Both the position numbers and the translations under genes were made by a program. The notes beneath the pieces were generated by a model. That model had not been told where the DNA came from. It saw only the letters and a program-made list of their open reading frames with translations, and made no database searches. From an uncultured Clostridia bacterium (GTDB lineage: Bacteria; Bacillota; Clostridia; Christensenellales; UBA1242): a stretch of 55,412 nucleotides of DNA. The first letter of the stretch is position 1. Each line of letters opens with the position of its first letter. The stretch is from positions 1 to 55,412 of the forward strand of contig CANRDW010000003.1 in assembly GCA_947629505.1 (NCBI GenBank), read 5' to 3'. Shown here piece by piece: positions 36,221 through 45,974 of this stretch.

Positions 36221-36691
36221 TTAAAGTGCAATTGAAATGATTTTGTAACTTGTTGTGCCACCTGGGGTTTGAACTGTGACAGTGTCACCCTTTTTGTGCC
36301 CAATAAGCGCTTTTCCAACAGGAGAAACGTTGCTGATAATTCCTTTGCGTGGGTCACTTTCAGAAGAGCCCGTGATGCGATATTCAACCTCTTCATCAAA
36401 ATCTTCATCATAAAGTTTCACAGTTGAGCCAACATTAACCGTGTCAGAATTCATTTTTTTCTTGTCAATAACTTCTGCGTTTAAAAGAATATTTTCCATT
36501 TCAGTGATTTCTGCTTCAACCTGCGCCTGTTCGTCTTTGGCTGCGTCATATTCGCTGTTTTCAGAGAGGTCGCCAAATTCACGTGCTATGCCAATTCTTT
36601 TAACAACTTCTGGCCTTTTAACAGTTTTAAAATAATTGAGTTTTTCTTCAAGTTGTGCTTTTCCTTCTGGTGTCAAATAAAATTTTTCCAT
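36221..36691 (-). CDS. greA: Transcription elongation factor GreA
   Basis: LTPEGKAQLEEKLNYFK ... RIGIAREFGDLSENSEYDAAKDEQ ... typical GreA, 156 aa. Confidence 0.95.
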   Translation of the reverse strand: MEKFYLTPEGKAQLEEKLNYFKTVKRPEVVKRIGIAREFGDLSENSEYDAAKDEQAQVEAEITEMENILLNAEVIDKKKMNSDTVNVGSTVKLYDEDFDEEVEYRITGSSESDPRKGIISNVSPVGKALIGHKKGDTVTVQTPGGTTSYKIISIAL

Positions 36692-36789
36692 AATGCCACT
36701 CCTTTATTAAGCAAAAAAATTTGCGAACGCAAAGGGACTTTGCAATCCACAAACCTCAAAAGTTTGTCAGTTAAACTTTTTCGTATGAT

Positions 36790-36818
36790 ATTATATTCAA
36801 ATTTCACAAAAAAGTCAA
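36790..36818 (-). promoter_or_regulatory. Sigma-A type promoter of greA
   Basis: The minus strand reads TTGACT-17 nt-TATAAT, leaving a leader of about 90 nt. Confidence 0.6.
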
Positions 36819-36913
36819 CTATTTTTAAAAGTTTTTCAAAAATTTGCCTTTTTAAACGCAAAAATTGATATATTTTCAAGTTTTTTTCAAATAATATGCA
36901 AAAAGGAGTTTAT

Positions 36914-37318
36914 ATGTTCACTTTTATCGCCTTTATTCTGACAATTTTAGGCTGTGTAAATTGGCTTTTGATTGGGCTTTTACAATATGACTTTGTGGCT
37001 GGGCTTTTTGGCTTTCAAGGTAGTCTGTTTTCAAGGCTCATTTACATTTTAATCGGCATTGGTGCGTTTTATTTTGTCATTCGAATTATTGCCAACAAAG
37101 GAAGTGTGAAAGTGTATGAAAAACGCAAGAAAAAGGAAAAACAGCCCCTTCCTCAACCCGCCACTGTGAATGTTGAGGCAGCAAAAGAACAGTCGCAGCA
37201 AAATCCAAACATCCACTTTGAAAATTTAAGAGAAATTAGAAATGACGATTCAAACAAAGATGAATACAAGAAAATAGATGACGGACTTTTTGACGAATAT
37301 ACAAAAAATCTTAATTAA
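36914..37318 (+). CDS. DUF378-family small membrane protein with a ~70-aa hydrophilic C-terminal extension
   Basis: LGCVNWLLIGLLQYDFVAGLFG ... RLIYILIGIGAFYF is DUF378-like. The ATG at 36914 is preceded by AAGGAG. Confidence 0.7.
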   Translation: MFTFIAFILTILGCVNWLLIGLLQYDFVAGLFGFQGSLFSRLIYILIGIGAFYFVIRIIANKGSVKVYEKRKKKEKQPLPQPATVNVEAAKEQSQQNPNIHFENLREIRNDDSNKDEYKKIDDGLFDEYTKNLN

Positions 37319-37370
37319 AAATTTGACTTTTTTTGCCACAAAATGTATGCTTTAATTAAGAGGTTTATAT

Positions 37371-38867
37371 ATGGTCACATTAGTTATTTTAGATGGATTT
37401 GGCGAAAAGAAAGAAAAGTTTGGCAATGCAATTAAAAGTCAAGGCACGCCAAATTTGGACAAGCTCAAAAAGATGTATCCTCACACATTTTTAAACGCAA
37501 GTGGTGAGGCTGTTGGCCTGCCAAAAGGCGTTATGGGCAACAGCGAAGTTGGGCATTTGGCACTTGGTAGCGGAAGAGTTGTGCTGCAAGATTTGAAACT
37601 CATTGACAGTGAGATTGAAAACGGCAAGTTTTTTGAAAACCCTGCCTTAAACAAAGCCTTGCTGTATGCTGAAAAACACGGCGGAAATTTGCATGTTATG
37701 GGGCTTTTGTCAAACGGCTGCGTGCACTCAAACATCACCCACCTTTTTGCAATTTTAGACCATGCAAAAAACTATAAAATCAAAAATGTGTTTATTCATG
37801 CAATTCTTGACGGCCGCGACACAAGTTTTCGCGATGGGATTAAATTTATTGAACAAACTGAAGAGAAAATCAAAGGCACAAACGCCAAAATTGCCACTGT
37901 CATCGGCAGAATTTATGCCATGGACAGAGAAAAAAGATATGACAGAGTTGAAAAGTTTTACAATCTTCTTTTTGACGGCAAAGGCACAAAATATTCTTCT
38001 GCAAAAGACGCTGTTTTGGCAAACTATGACAGTGGCGTGTATGATGAATATCTCGAACCTTGTGTGATTGAAGATGCCAAAATTCAAAATGGTGACAGCG
38101 TGATTTTTTACAACTATCGTGCTGACCGCGCCAAAGAAATCACCTTTGCTTTGACGGACAAAGATTTTAGGCAGTTTAAAACAAAAGATGTTGACTTTTT
38201 ATACACCGCAATGGCTGAATATGACGAAAAATTCAAGCATTTAAACACCCTTTATCCCCCAAAAATCGTGAAGGACAATTTGGCAGCAGTGCTTTCACAA
38301 AACGGCAAAAAGCAATATCACATAAGTGAAACAACAAAGTATGCGCATGTGACATTCTTCTTCAATGGCGGCATTGAAAAGCCTTATGAGGGCGAGGACA
38401 GAAAACTCATCGACAGCATAAATGTCAAGGATTTTTCGGACTATCCAAAGATGCGCGCAATTGAGATAACGCAAGACCTTTTGGACACAATTGCAGAAAA
38501 CAAATATGACTTTATTTTGGTCAATTACTCCAACCCTGATATGATTGGACACACAGGCAATTTTGGCGCTGCGAAAGAGGCAATTGAGTGTGTTGACAAA
38601 CAAGCCTACGCCATTGCACTTGCCACACTTATGGTTGGTGGAGATTGCATAATCACGGCAGACCACGGCAACGCCGAAGAAATGATTGACAAAAACGGAA
38701 ACAAACTCACAAAACACACCACCAATCCTGTGCCATTTATTTTAGTCAGCGAAAAGCACAAAAAGGCAAAACTTAAAAAGGGAAAATCACTCACATCTGT
38801 GGCTGCAACCGTTTTGAAACTTATGGGTATTGAAAAGCCTGAAACTTTTGATGAAGCGTTGTTTTAA
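37371..38867 (+). CDS. gpmI: 2,3-bisphosphoglycerate-independent phosphoglycerate mutase
   Basis: LVILDGFG, MGNSEVGHL, ILDGRDT and NPDMIGHTG. 498 aa. Confidence 0.95.
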   Translation: MVTLVILDGFGEKKEKFGNAIKSQGTPNLDKLKKMYPHTFLNASGEAVGLPKGVMGNSEVGHLALGSGRVVLQDLKLIDSEIENGKFFENPALNKALLYAEKHGGNLHVMGLLSNGCVHSNITHLFAILDHAKNYKIKNVFIHAILDGRDTSFRDGIKFIEQTEEKIKGTNAKIATVIGRIYAMDREKRYDRVEKFYNLLFDGKGTKYSSAKDAVLANYDSGVYDEYLEPCVIEDAKIQNGDSVIFYNYRADRAKEITFALTDKDFRQFKTKDVDFLYTAMAEYDEKFKHLNTLYPPKIVKDNLAAVLSQNGKKQYHISETTKYAHVTFFFNGGIEKPYEGEDRKLIDSINVKDFSDYPKMRAIEITQDLLDTIAENKYDFILVNYSNPDMIGHTGNFGAAKEAIECVDKQAYAIALATLMVGGDCIITADHGNAEEMIDKNGNKLTKHTTNPVPFILVSEKHKKAKLKKGKSLTSVAATVLKLMGIEKPETFDEALF

Positions 38868-38892
38868 AAAAACACCAAAATTGGTGTTTTTT
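38866..38892. terminator. Bidirectional intrinsic terminator between convergent genes
   Basis: aaaaaACACCAaaatTGGTGTtttttttt. Confidence 0.7.
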
Positions 38893-39570
38893 TTATTTGA
38901 TTTTATCTTTTTCATCTTTTATATAATCTTTTTTGTCATACTTGTCTGGATTTGCTTTCAAATCTTGTTCAAAACGCAAACTTCCACAAGAAATTTCATA
39001 GGCTGTGCGCATCTCTTCTTTTCCATCTTCATACACTTTTTTATATTCGCGAGATTGAATTCTGCCAAGAATGGAAATTCTTTCGCCAACCTTTGCATTT
39101 TTTAATGCCAAAGCGTTGTGTGCCCACGCTATGCATGGCACATAATCTGTTCCGCCATCTGGCCGATTGACAGCCAACATAAAATCTGTTATCACTCTGT
39201 CAGTGAGCGGAGTTTTTCTGTAAACAGGGCATCTGCAAATAGTCCCCTGCAATTTAATAAAATTTTCCCCTTCAATTAAAAAGTCAAGTTTTCCAATAAA
39301 ATCAGGCTTTACAAACAAAACAAGCCTTCTTGTACCGTTGATATTTTTGTTGTAACTTCTAAACTGCCCATTGATTTCAATTGGATCACCCGGATTGATT
39401 TGACTTTCATATGTATATGGCAGATGGACAACAACCTCATCATCAAAGCCTGAATAACGCTTGCATTTAACAATAAAACTTTTGACTCTGTTGTTTTCAT
39501 TGTCAAATTCAACTTTCGGCTCTGTTGAGGCAAAGCCCTTTAAAATCACCACATTTTTATCTCTTTGCAT
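38893..39570 (-). CDS. Tandem-OB-fold SSB-like protein, paralogue 1 (225 aa), no acidic C-terminal tip
   Basis: The C-terminal OB reads NFIKLQGTICRCPVYRKTPLTDRVITDFMLAVNRPDGGTDYVPCIAWAHNALALKNAKVGERISILGRIQSREYKKVYEDGKEEMRTAYEIS, colinear with bacterial SSB (LAVNR ... W ... GRLQTR.Y ... EV). The N-terminal half repeats the pattern weakly (NVVILKG ... INGQFRSYNK). The ATG at 39568..39570 is preceded by GGAGA. Confidence 0.65.
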   Translation of the reverse strand: MQRDKNVVILKGFASTEPKVEFDNENNRVKSFIVKCKRYSGFDDEVVVHLPYTYESQINPGDPIEINGQFRSYNKNINGTRRLVLFVKPDFIGKLDFLIEGENFIKLQGTICRCPVYRKTPLTDRVITDFMLAVNRPDGGTDYVPCIAWAHNALALKNAKVGERISILGRIQSREYKKVYEDGKEEMRTAYEISCGSLRFEQDLKANPDKYDKKDYIKDEKDKIK

Positions 39571-39588
39571 ATTTTCATCTCCATTTAA

Positions 39589-39617
39589 ATTATAAAATAA
39601 AATTTTTTCAATGTCAA
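39589..39617 (-). promoter_or_regulatory. Consensus sigma-A promoter of SSB-like paralogue 1
   Basis: The minus strand reads TTGACA-17 nt-TATAAT. Confidence 0.7.
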
Positions 39618-39628
39618 TAGGCAATTTT

Positions 39629-39656
39629 TAAAAAAAGAGAAAGCAAAAACTTTCTC
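39629..39656 (-). terminator. Intrinsic terminator after SSB-like paralogue 2
   Basis: Minus strand: GAGAAAGtttttgCTTTCTC followed by ttttttt. Confidence 0.7.
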
Positions 39657-39660
39657 GAAA

Positions 39661-40335
39661 TCAACTGTTAACCGCACTTTTTTCATCATTCTTTTGCGGC
39701 ATTTTTTGAAGCACAAGACTGACTGTCTGGGTGGACACTTCATAGGCTGTTTTGATGGTTGTCTGCCCATCTGGAAGTGTTTTAGTGTATTCACGCGATT
39801 GAATGCGCCCAGAAATTTCAATCTTGCTGCCAATGCTTTGCTGGGACACAAATCTTGCATTTCTTCCCCACAAGATGCATGGAATATAGTCACTTTTGTG
39901 GCAGTTTGGACGATTTACTGCAAGCAAAATGTCGCATATTTCTCTTCCAAACGGCGTTTTTCTGTAAACGGGCTGTTTGCAGATAAAGCCAGAAAGTTTC
40001 ACTTCGTTGACATCTTCACAAATCTCCATTACAGGTGTGATTTCCTTGGCAAAAAGATGCAAAATGAGTTTACTTTTTTCGTCAAAGACTTTGTTGTAAC
40101 TGCGATATTGTCCGACAATTTTCAGCGTCTGCCCAACCTTTATTTCTTCGCCCAAAAGCGTGCGTTCAGACACCGTCACCGGAATTGTGTCGCTCGCCTT
40201 TGACAGCCTGTCAACCTGCATTTTAAACTCATAAAATTTTTCGCCTTCAATTTCGTGCGAAAGTTTCGCTTCTTCGCACACCTTTCCAACAAGCGTTGCA
40301 GTGTTGTTTTCTTCATTTAAATTTGTGTAATTCAT
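39661..40335 (-). CDS. Tandem-OB-fold SSB-like protein, paralogue 2 (224 aa), no acidic C-terminal tip
   Basis: It shares GQYRSYNK, VKLSGFICKQPVYRKTPFGREICDILLAVNRPNCHKSDYIPCILWGRNA and ISGRIQSREYTKTLPDGQTTIKTAYEVS with paralogue 1. The ATG at 40333..40335 is preceded by AGGAGG. Confidence 0.65.
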   Translation of the reverse strand: MNYTNLNEENNTATLVGKVCEEAKLSHEIEGEKFYEFKMQVDRLSKASDTIPVTVSERTLLGEEIKVGQTLKIVGQYRSYNKVFDEKSKLILHLFAKEITPVMEICEDVNEVKLSGFICKQPVYRKTPFGREICDILLAVNRPNCHKSDYIPCILWGRNARFVSQQSIGSKIEISGRIQSREYTKTLPDGQTTIKTAYEVSTQTVSLVLQKMPQKNDEKSAVNS

Positions 40336-40345
40336 AAAAACCCTC

Positions 40346-41110
40346 CTAAATTTTGTGTTGCACCCCGTTTCTGTCAATTGTGTAAGAATTTTTGTAAATC
40401 AAATCGCCAATTCCCGTCACTTTATATCCCGCCACTTTAAGTCGCGACAAAATCAATCTAAGTCCGTCAAGCACATGATCGGAATTGTTGTGCATCAAAA
40501 TGATTGAGCCATTTTTCACCTTGCCAAGCACTCGCGAAGAAATTTCGCTTGCTGACAACCCCTTCCAATCCAAACTGTCCACATCCCACTGAATTGTTTT
40601 CAGCCCCAAATCCTCCGCCGTTTCAAGAAGTGTGTTGTTGTAACTGCCAAAAGGCGCTCTGAAAAGTTCAACTTCTTTGCCCGTCACCTCTTTTATCTTT
40701 GAAATGGATGTTTCAAGTTCAAGTTTCACAGTGCTTTTGTCGAGTTTTGCCATGTCTGGATGAGTGTTGGAGTGAGTTCCAATCTCCATACCTGCCTCAT
40801 CGATTGCTTTCACCATGTCGGCATAGTCGTCCACCCAAAAACCCACAAGAAAGAATGTCGCTTTGCAGTCAAATTCATCTAAGATGTCCAAAATTTCCTG
40901 CGTTTTGTCCGCACCCCAAGCCGCATCAAACGAGATTGCAACCTGTTTTTCAGGCGTGTCAACATTGTAAATTGGCACTTTTCTTGTGTTGCGACCTAAA
41001 TAGACCTCCGCCGAAGTTGTCCCGTCTATTGGCAGGCACAGAAGCACTGCACACGCCAAAATGGCAATAAAAATTGAGATTGTTTTTGATTTGATAACAC
41101 AGAAATGCAT
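40346..41110 (-). CDS. Polysaccharide deacetylase family protein (NodB domain, PdaA/PdaB-like) with an N-terminal membrane anchor or signal
   Basis: VAISFDAAWG ... ATFFLVG ... GTHSNTHPDM ... LMHN. The start at ATG 41108..41110 is preceded by AGAGAGG. Confidence 0.85.
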   Translation of the reverse strand: MHFCVIKSKTISIFIAILACAVLLCLPIDGTTSAEVYLGRNTRKVPIYNVDTPEKQVAISFDAAWGADKTQEILDILDEFDCKATFFLVGFWVDDYADMVKAIDEAGMEIGTHSNTHPDMAKLDKSTVKLELETSISKIKEVTGKEVELFRAPFGSYNNTLLETAEDLGLKTIQWDVDSLDWKGLSASEISSRVLGKVKNGSIILMHNNSDHVLDGLRLILSRLKVAGYKVTGIGDLIYKNSYTIDRNGVQHKI

Positions 41111-41243
41111 GCAAACCTCTCTTATTATAGAAAATCTTTTTGAAACTCCAAATCCGAAAAATGCTGTAAAACATGTCAAAATGTCTATGATTGTCGAATC
41201 AAGATATAATATTTATCATTTGCTGCATTTAGAACGATTTTAA

Positions 41244-41274
41244 TGAAAAAAGTGGTTATTTTTTCATAACCACT
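41244..41274 (-). terminator. Intrinsic terminator of the giant surface-protein gene
   Basis: Minus strand: AGTGGTTATgaaaaaATAACCACT followed by tttttt. It overlaps the stop codon. Confidence 0.75.
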
Positions 41275-44200
41275 TAGTTTTGAGGGAATGAGTTGTCCCA
41301 ATAGAAGATTTTAAGTTTTCCGTTAAACCATTTGTTTGAATCTGATTGATAGCCTACATTTCCTTCAGCATAATCTGTAAGTTTTGCATTTTCTTCGTTT
41401 GCTACAATTTTTCCATATGTTGTAAAGCATTGGTCAAGCGATCCTTCACTCATTGTGCCGATAAGCCCCACGGTTGTGTTATAATCACCCGCCTGATTGC
41501 TGCACCCCAAGAACGAACATCCCTCTGCATATCCCACAAGCCCGCCAAAGTTTTCATTCGCGGCAACTGTGTTTGTGGCACTTTCTTCGCCATCAATAAT
41601 AAATGTCACGCCAGCACATGTTAAATTATTGCCTTGAGAGTTTATCGAAACGGCTAGAGTTCTGTTGTCAACTCTTGTAAAGGTTGAATTTTTAGCATAG
41701 CCGACAACTCCGCCCACATTTTTCCAACCAACAAGTTGTGTCCCTTCAACCATCAAATTCATAATTGTTGCATCTTCCACATATCCAAACAAGCCCATGT
41801 AAGAAAGGTTGTTTTGATAATTTCCGCCTATAAAACTCAAGTTTGTGATTCGATAGAAATTGCCATCATAAGTACCTTTAAATGCCATCACTGTGCCATC
41901 GTCCAGCACTCCGCCGATTGGATTAAGCAAAACCCCACTCATGTCAATGTCTTGCGACTGTTTGAACAGATATTTCTCACAAGTGTCCCCGGAAGCCACT
42001 TTATGGGACAGCCACAACAAATGCTCCGGCTTGCTGATGTAATAAATCCCTCGGCTTTCTGTTGGTGCCGTGCCAGTGTCATATTTTGCAAACACAACTG
42101 TGATAGGTAATGTTTCCATTTGATTTCTAGTGTCTCTTTCCAAATATATTGAATAATAGAACATCAAATCCTTTTCAGCCGAAATGTCAACAAGAGAGCC
42201 ATTGATGTAAACTCCCGCCAATCTTTCTCCTTCTTTAACATCAATATGCAACATTAACCCTGAATTGTAGTGAACAATGTTTTCTGAAGAAATTTTCTCA
42301 TAAACTGATGTGTTTGAATAATCCTGCTCTCCCTTGTTCTCGTTTGTTGTCAACGAAACCGTGCTTTTAATGTCAACATTATCACTTTGCTCTGGTTTCA
42401 CGGCCCATTCCTTATTTACATTGATTGTATATTGCATTAAACTGTAATATATATAAACATTGATTACATCCACCCTGTCTTCTAGATTATCTATAGAAAG
42501 ATAAGCCGTAAAATCTTTTAAATTTTTTAGATATTTACTGTAAATATCCTCAAGTTTAAAGGAACATGTTTTGTCGTCACGACTTATGCTTATGTTGATT
42601 TCTCCTTGTCGATCTTTATCTTGATATCCTTCAACAACAGAAATATAATCAATCCAATAACCTGAATTTGGATTAAATTTAAAATGGCTTATCTCTTTAT
42701 TTTCTTCCCCGTATTTATTCGTATTTGCAACAAAAATCAAATCTCTCGCATCTTCAACATAAGTCAAAGTCGCGTCTTTTTTGTAAGCAAATTCAGTTAA
42801 TTCTACACCATCATATTTGCTTAAATTATAAAAATAATTTTGATAATCATTTAAAATTACTTTCGTTTTCATTTCATATCTTTTAAGAACAACAGGCAAA
42901 AGGTCGTGATTTATATCGTTCAACTCCTTTGCCATTGTTTTGACGTCATCAAAATTCAGTGTAAAATATTCCTTATCTTCAATGTTATTATATATAGTGT
43001 CCTCAACATCGACAAAAGTTTTTAATTTTTCTTGTTCGTTTGGATTATATTCACTTTCTTTGTTAAAAATGTCATAATAAGCCGAAAAATAATATCCATT
43101 CTCAGAAGAATACTTAAGAGCATTGTTTAATTCATAATGTAAATCACCCAGCTGGAATTCGTCATCTACGTAACTCGAAAACTGACTTGTCTTGTTACCA
43201 TATGTTAATTGCAATCCATATTTCACTTCTTTTACATGAATTACTATTACTGAAGAATTTTCCCAACTGCTCCAACTGCATGTAAAAGAACCAGATATCC
43301 CCCCTAAGTAAAAATTGTTGCCCAGCGCCGAATTCCCTCTTGTATAATTCTGCCCTTTCTCTTCTTCCTCTTTAGTATTATCAACTAAATCCAAAATTTC
43401 CCCCGTTGTTGAACTTATGCCATAAAATGCATAACCAAACTTAGGTCTAATTAAATATGAAACCGTTTGCCCAAAATATAAATCATATGAGTTTGGTCTA
43501 TTAAACCCTGAGAGTGTTGTATTTAAATATTGTCCAAGATCCTCTTCTTCTATGAAAGAAGAAGAACCTTTAACTGGATGAAATTTATACTTAATCTTTA
43601 GTTTTGCTGTTAAATAAATATAAAGTTTTGCAGAAAGTCCACCGGAGTTAAAAATTGGAGTGAAGTAACACGAATATTCCGAATTATATTGATTTAAGTC
43701 TGAAATTTTCAAATAAGGTTGAAAAACAGGATTTTTCTTACTAGGCTCCCCTTCAGAAATTCCATCATAATAAAGTTGAGGGCTGCTTGTGATAGTTATA
43801 TCTACATTCTCAAACATATCATTATTCCACTTAACATTAAGCGTTGTTTGTGTCAAGGCTAAATGCCCATCAATTTGTTTCTCATATGTAATAATATCTG
43901 TATTATTATATATGACTTTTCCTCCAACAGAAATTTCATTGAATATCTTCTGTAATGCAGCCATTTGATTATCTGTGCCAAATTCTTTATATAGTTCTTG
44001 ATATTCCCTAGAGTCCATGTTATACAAATAAATCCCACCAATTCCAACAGTGTTTGGATTTGTTGTTACCTTCGGATAGTATAACAAGCCATTATTAAAC
44101 AACCAATTTAGATTATAATATTTTGTTTCATCCCATAAACTACCCCTCACATGCCATCCCATAAGCCCTGAAGAAAGATTAATTCTTAACTTACTCAAAA

Positions 44201-45974
44201 CCCAGATGTTTGGATTAAAATAATAATTCAAATCTGGCTCAAATGAATATGAAGAATCATATGTTGTCCAATTTGTGTAAAATGAGGATGTAAAATAATA
44301 CTCATTTAAAGATTCAGAATTTGTGGTATAACAAGAATATGTTTTTATCGCAGAATAATTTTTGAAAAAAAGAGCATCTGAATAATTACAATATACAGAA
44401 TAACCAAATAAACCTTTTGAAACACCAGCATCAATACAATTTCCAAGTATGGTTGGCCATTCAATACCCTTTCCAATAATTCCGCCAGCAAAATCATACC
44501 TATTACTAATCACAGCCTCATTCACACATCTATTTATTTTCACACAACCGCCACAGCCCACAATTCCTCCAACACTACTATTATTTTCGTAGGAACCAAC
44601 TGTGCTTACATCTCCATTATTTAAACAATCTGTTATAATTGCAATATGTTCATTTATATTGTCACTCTTCCATGATGAATTTATGTTGACTCTCCCAATA
44701 ATCCCTCCTGTCCCCAATTCGCCAGAAGAGTCATAATAATAAACTTCTCCAATTTCAATAAAACTATTATTAAAACAGTTCCTAATCAAAATTGCATCAT
44801 CAGATACCCCGCAAATGCCACCTGAATAAACATGATTTCCACAAACTGTTTTAATTGATCCTTGATTAAACGAATATTCAATTGTATTATATGGATCACT
44901 GCTATATGTTTCCCTAACATCATTTTCAAGTGTAACTTCTGGGATTCCTTCAGTGTTTGAAAGCCGCCCCAAAATACCTCCCAAACAGATTGCCTCAGAG
45001 TATTTATAGTATCCATTTAGTTGTATAGATGCAGCATTCATACACTTGTTAAACGCAATTTTACCAGAAGACTCTCCCACCAAGCCTCCAATACTTATGC
45101 TACGAATATCTACATATTGCATACTGCTCGTTCTCGGATTTTGATATTTTATAGCCCCAAATGAATTACAATTAATAAAATTTGATGTGCCTCCAATTGT
45201 ATCACTGTCTTCAATCAAGCCAGCAATACCCCCAATAAATACTCGTGAATTTAAATGAGAGTTTTCGTTCAAAGAATTTCCGCATGAAATCATAACATCT
45301 GCAGTGCAATTTTCAACTGTCACAGAATATCCGTGTGCAAAAAGACCCCCTATATAACAATAGTTAGCAGTCAGTTCTGTTGGATTATTCATTGTAAATT
45401 TAACATTAACATTTGATATCTTACTTTTTCTAAAAGCATTTACAGTGAGCCCTGCAAAAGACATAAAAGTATTATTACAGTCGCAAGAAACCTCTAAAAG
45501 ACTTATATTTTTTATTATCCCACCTTCCCCAGAGTTTGGGACAGCTATAGCAGAAAACAATGCAACTGAATTAGATCTACCTTTAAGATTAACCCCAGTG
45601 ATTTTATGATTGTTGCCATCAAAAACACCTTGAAAATCATTCCCATTATTAGTCCAAAAATGTTCTGACATATCAATATCAGCAAGCAATTTAAAATATT
45701 TGCCTTTAAAAGAATCTTTTTCACCAGACAAATATGCAAAATTTCGTGCGTTTTGAATCAAATATGGGTTATCTGCAGTGCCGCCACCACCAAGAAAAGA
45801 TGTGTAATTTCCCTCATCACTCCAAAAGTCGCTGGTGTTTGTTTGAGTTTCTTCTTGAGGCTGTGGCGCAGACGTTTGAAGAGAATTTTTTTCGCCAAAA
45901 ACAAAATAACATCCAAAACCGAATGTCAAACACATAACAAAAGATAAAATTCCAATAAGAATCTTTTTCTTCAT
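41274..45974 (-). CDS. Giant secreted or surface protein (1566 aa from ATG 45974) with GLUG-motif, beta-helix-like modules at both ends
   Basis: Signal or anchor MKKKILIGILSFVMCLTFGFGCYFVF. The N-terminal module has GTADNPYLIQNARNFAYL ... FKLLADIDMS ... FQGVFDGNNHKITGVNL followed by many (I/V/L)GG(I/L)xG repeats. The same module type recurs near the C-terminus (YYISKPEHLLWL ... FKQSQDIDMS ... FKGTYDGNFYRITNLS ... GLFGYVE ... VGGVVGYA ... FGGLVGYA). No LPXTG motif seen. Confidence 0.7.
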   Translation of the reverse strand: MKKKILIGILSFVMCLTFGFGCYFVFGEKNSLQTSAPQPQEETQTNTSDFWSDEGNYTSFLGGGGTADNPYLIQNARNFAYLSGEKDSFKGKYFKLLADIDMSEHFWTNNGNDFQGVFDGNNHKITGVNLKGRSNSVALFSAIAVPNSGEGGIIKNISLLEVSCDCNNTFMSFAGLTVNAFRKSKISNVNVKFTMNNPTELTANYCYIGGLFAHGYSVTVENCTADVMISCGNSLNENSHLNSRVFIGGIAGLIEDSDTIGGTSNFINCNSFGAIKYQNPRTSSMQYVDIRSISIGGLVGESSGKIAFNKCMNAASIQLNGYYKYSEAICLGGILGRLSNTEGIPEVTLENDVRETYSSDPYNTIEYSFNQGSIKTVCGNHVYSGGICGVSDDAILIRNCFNNSFIEIGEVYYYDSSGELGTGGIIGRVNINSSWKSDNINEHIAIITDCLNNGDVSTVGSYENNSSVGGIVGCGGCVKINRCVNEAVISNRYDFAGGIIGKGIEWPTILGNCIDAGVSKGLFGYSVYCNYSDALFFKNYSAIKTYSCYTTNSESLNEYYFTSSFYTNWTTYDSSYSFEPDLNYYFNPNIWVLSKLRINLSSGLMGWHVRGSLWDETKYYNLNWLFNNGLLYYPKVTTNPNTVGIGGIYLYNMDSREYQELYKEFGTDNQMAALQKIFNEISVGGKVIYNNTDIITYEKQIDGHLALTQTTLNVKWNNDMFENVDITITSSPQLYYDGISEGEPSKKNPVFQPYLKISDLNQYNSEYSCYFTPIFNSGGLSAKLYIYLTAKLKIKYKFHPVKGSSSFIEEEDLGQYLNTTLSGFNRPNSYDLYFGQTVSYLIRPKFGYAFYGISSTTGEILDLVDNTKEEEEKGQNYTRGNSALGNNFYLGGISGSFTCSWSSWENSSVIVIHVKEVKYGLQLTYGNKTSQFSSYVDDEFQLGDLHYELNNALKYSSENGYYFSAYYDIFNKESEYNPNEQEKLKTFVDVEDTIYNNIEDKEYFTLNFDDVKTMAKELNDINHDLLPVVLKRYEMKTKVILNDYQNYFYNLSKYDGVELTEFAYKKDATLTYVEDARDLIFVANTNKYGEENKEISHFKFNPNSGYWIDYISVVEGYQDKDRQGEINISISRDDKTCSFKLEDIYSKYLKNLKDFTAYLSIDNLEDRVDVINVYIYYSLMQYTINVNKEWAVKPEQSDNVDIKSTVSLTTNENKGEQDYSNTSVYEKISSENIVHYNSGLMLHIDVKEGERLAGVYINGSLVDISAEKDLMFYYSIYLERDTRNQMETLPITVVFAKYDTGTAPTESRGIYYISKPEHLLWLSHKVASGDTCEKYLFKQSQDIDMSGVLLNPIGGVLDDGTVMAFKGTYDGNFYRITNLSFIGGNYQNNLSYMGLFGYVEDATIMNLMVEGTQLVGWKNVGGVVGYAKNSTFTRVDNRTLAVSINSQGNNLTCAGVTFIIDGEESATNTVAANENFGGLVGYAEGCSFLGCSNQAGDYNTTVGLIGTMSEGSLDQCFTTYGKIVANEENAKLTDYAEGNVGYQSDSNKWFNGKLKIFYWDNSFPQN

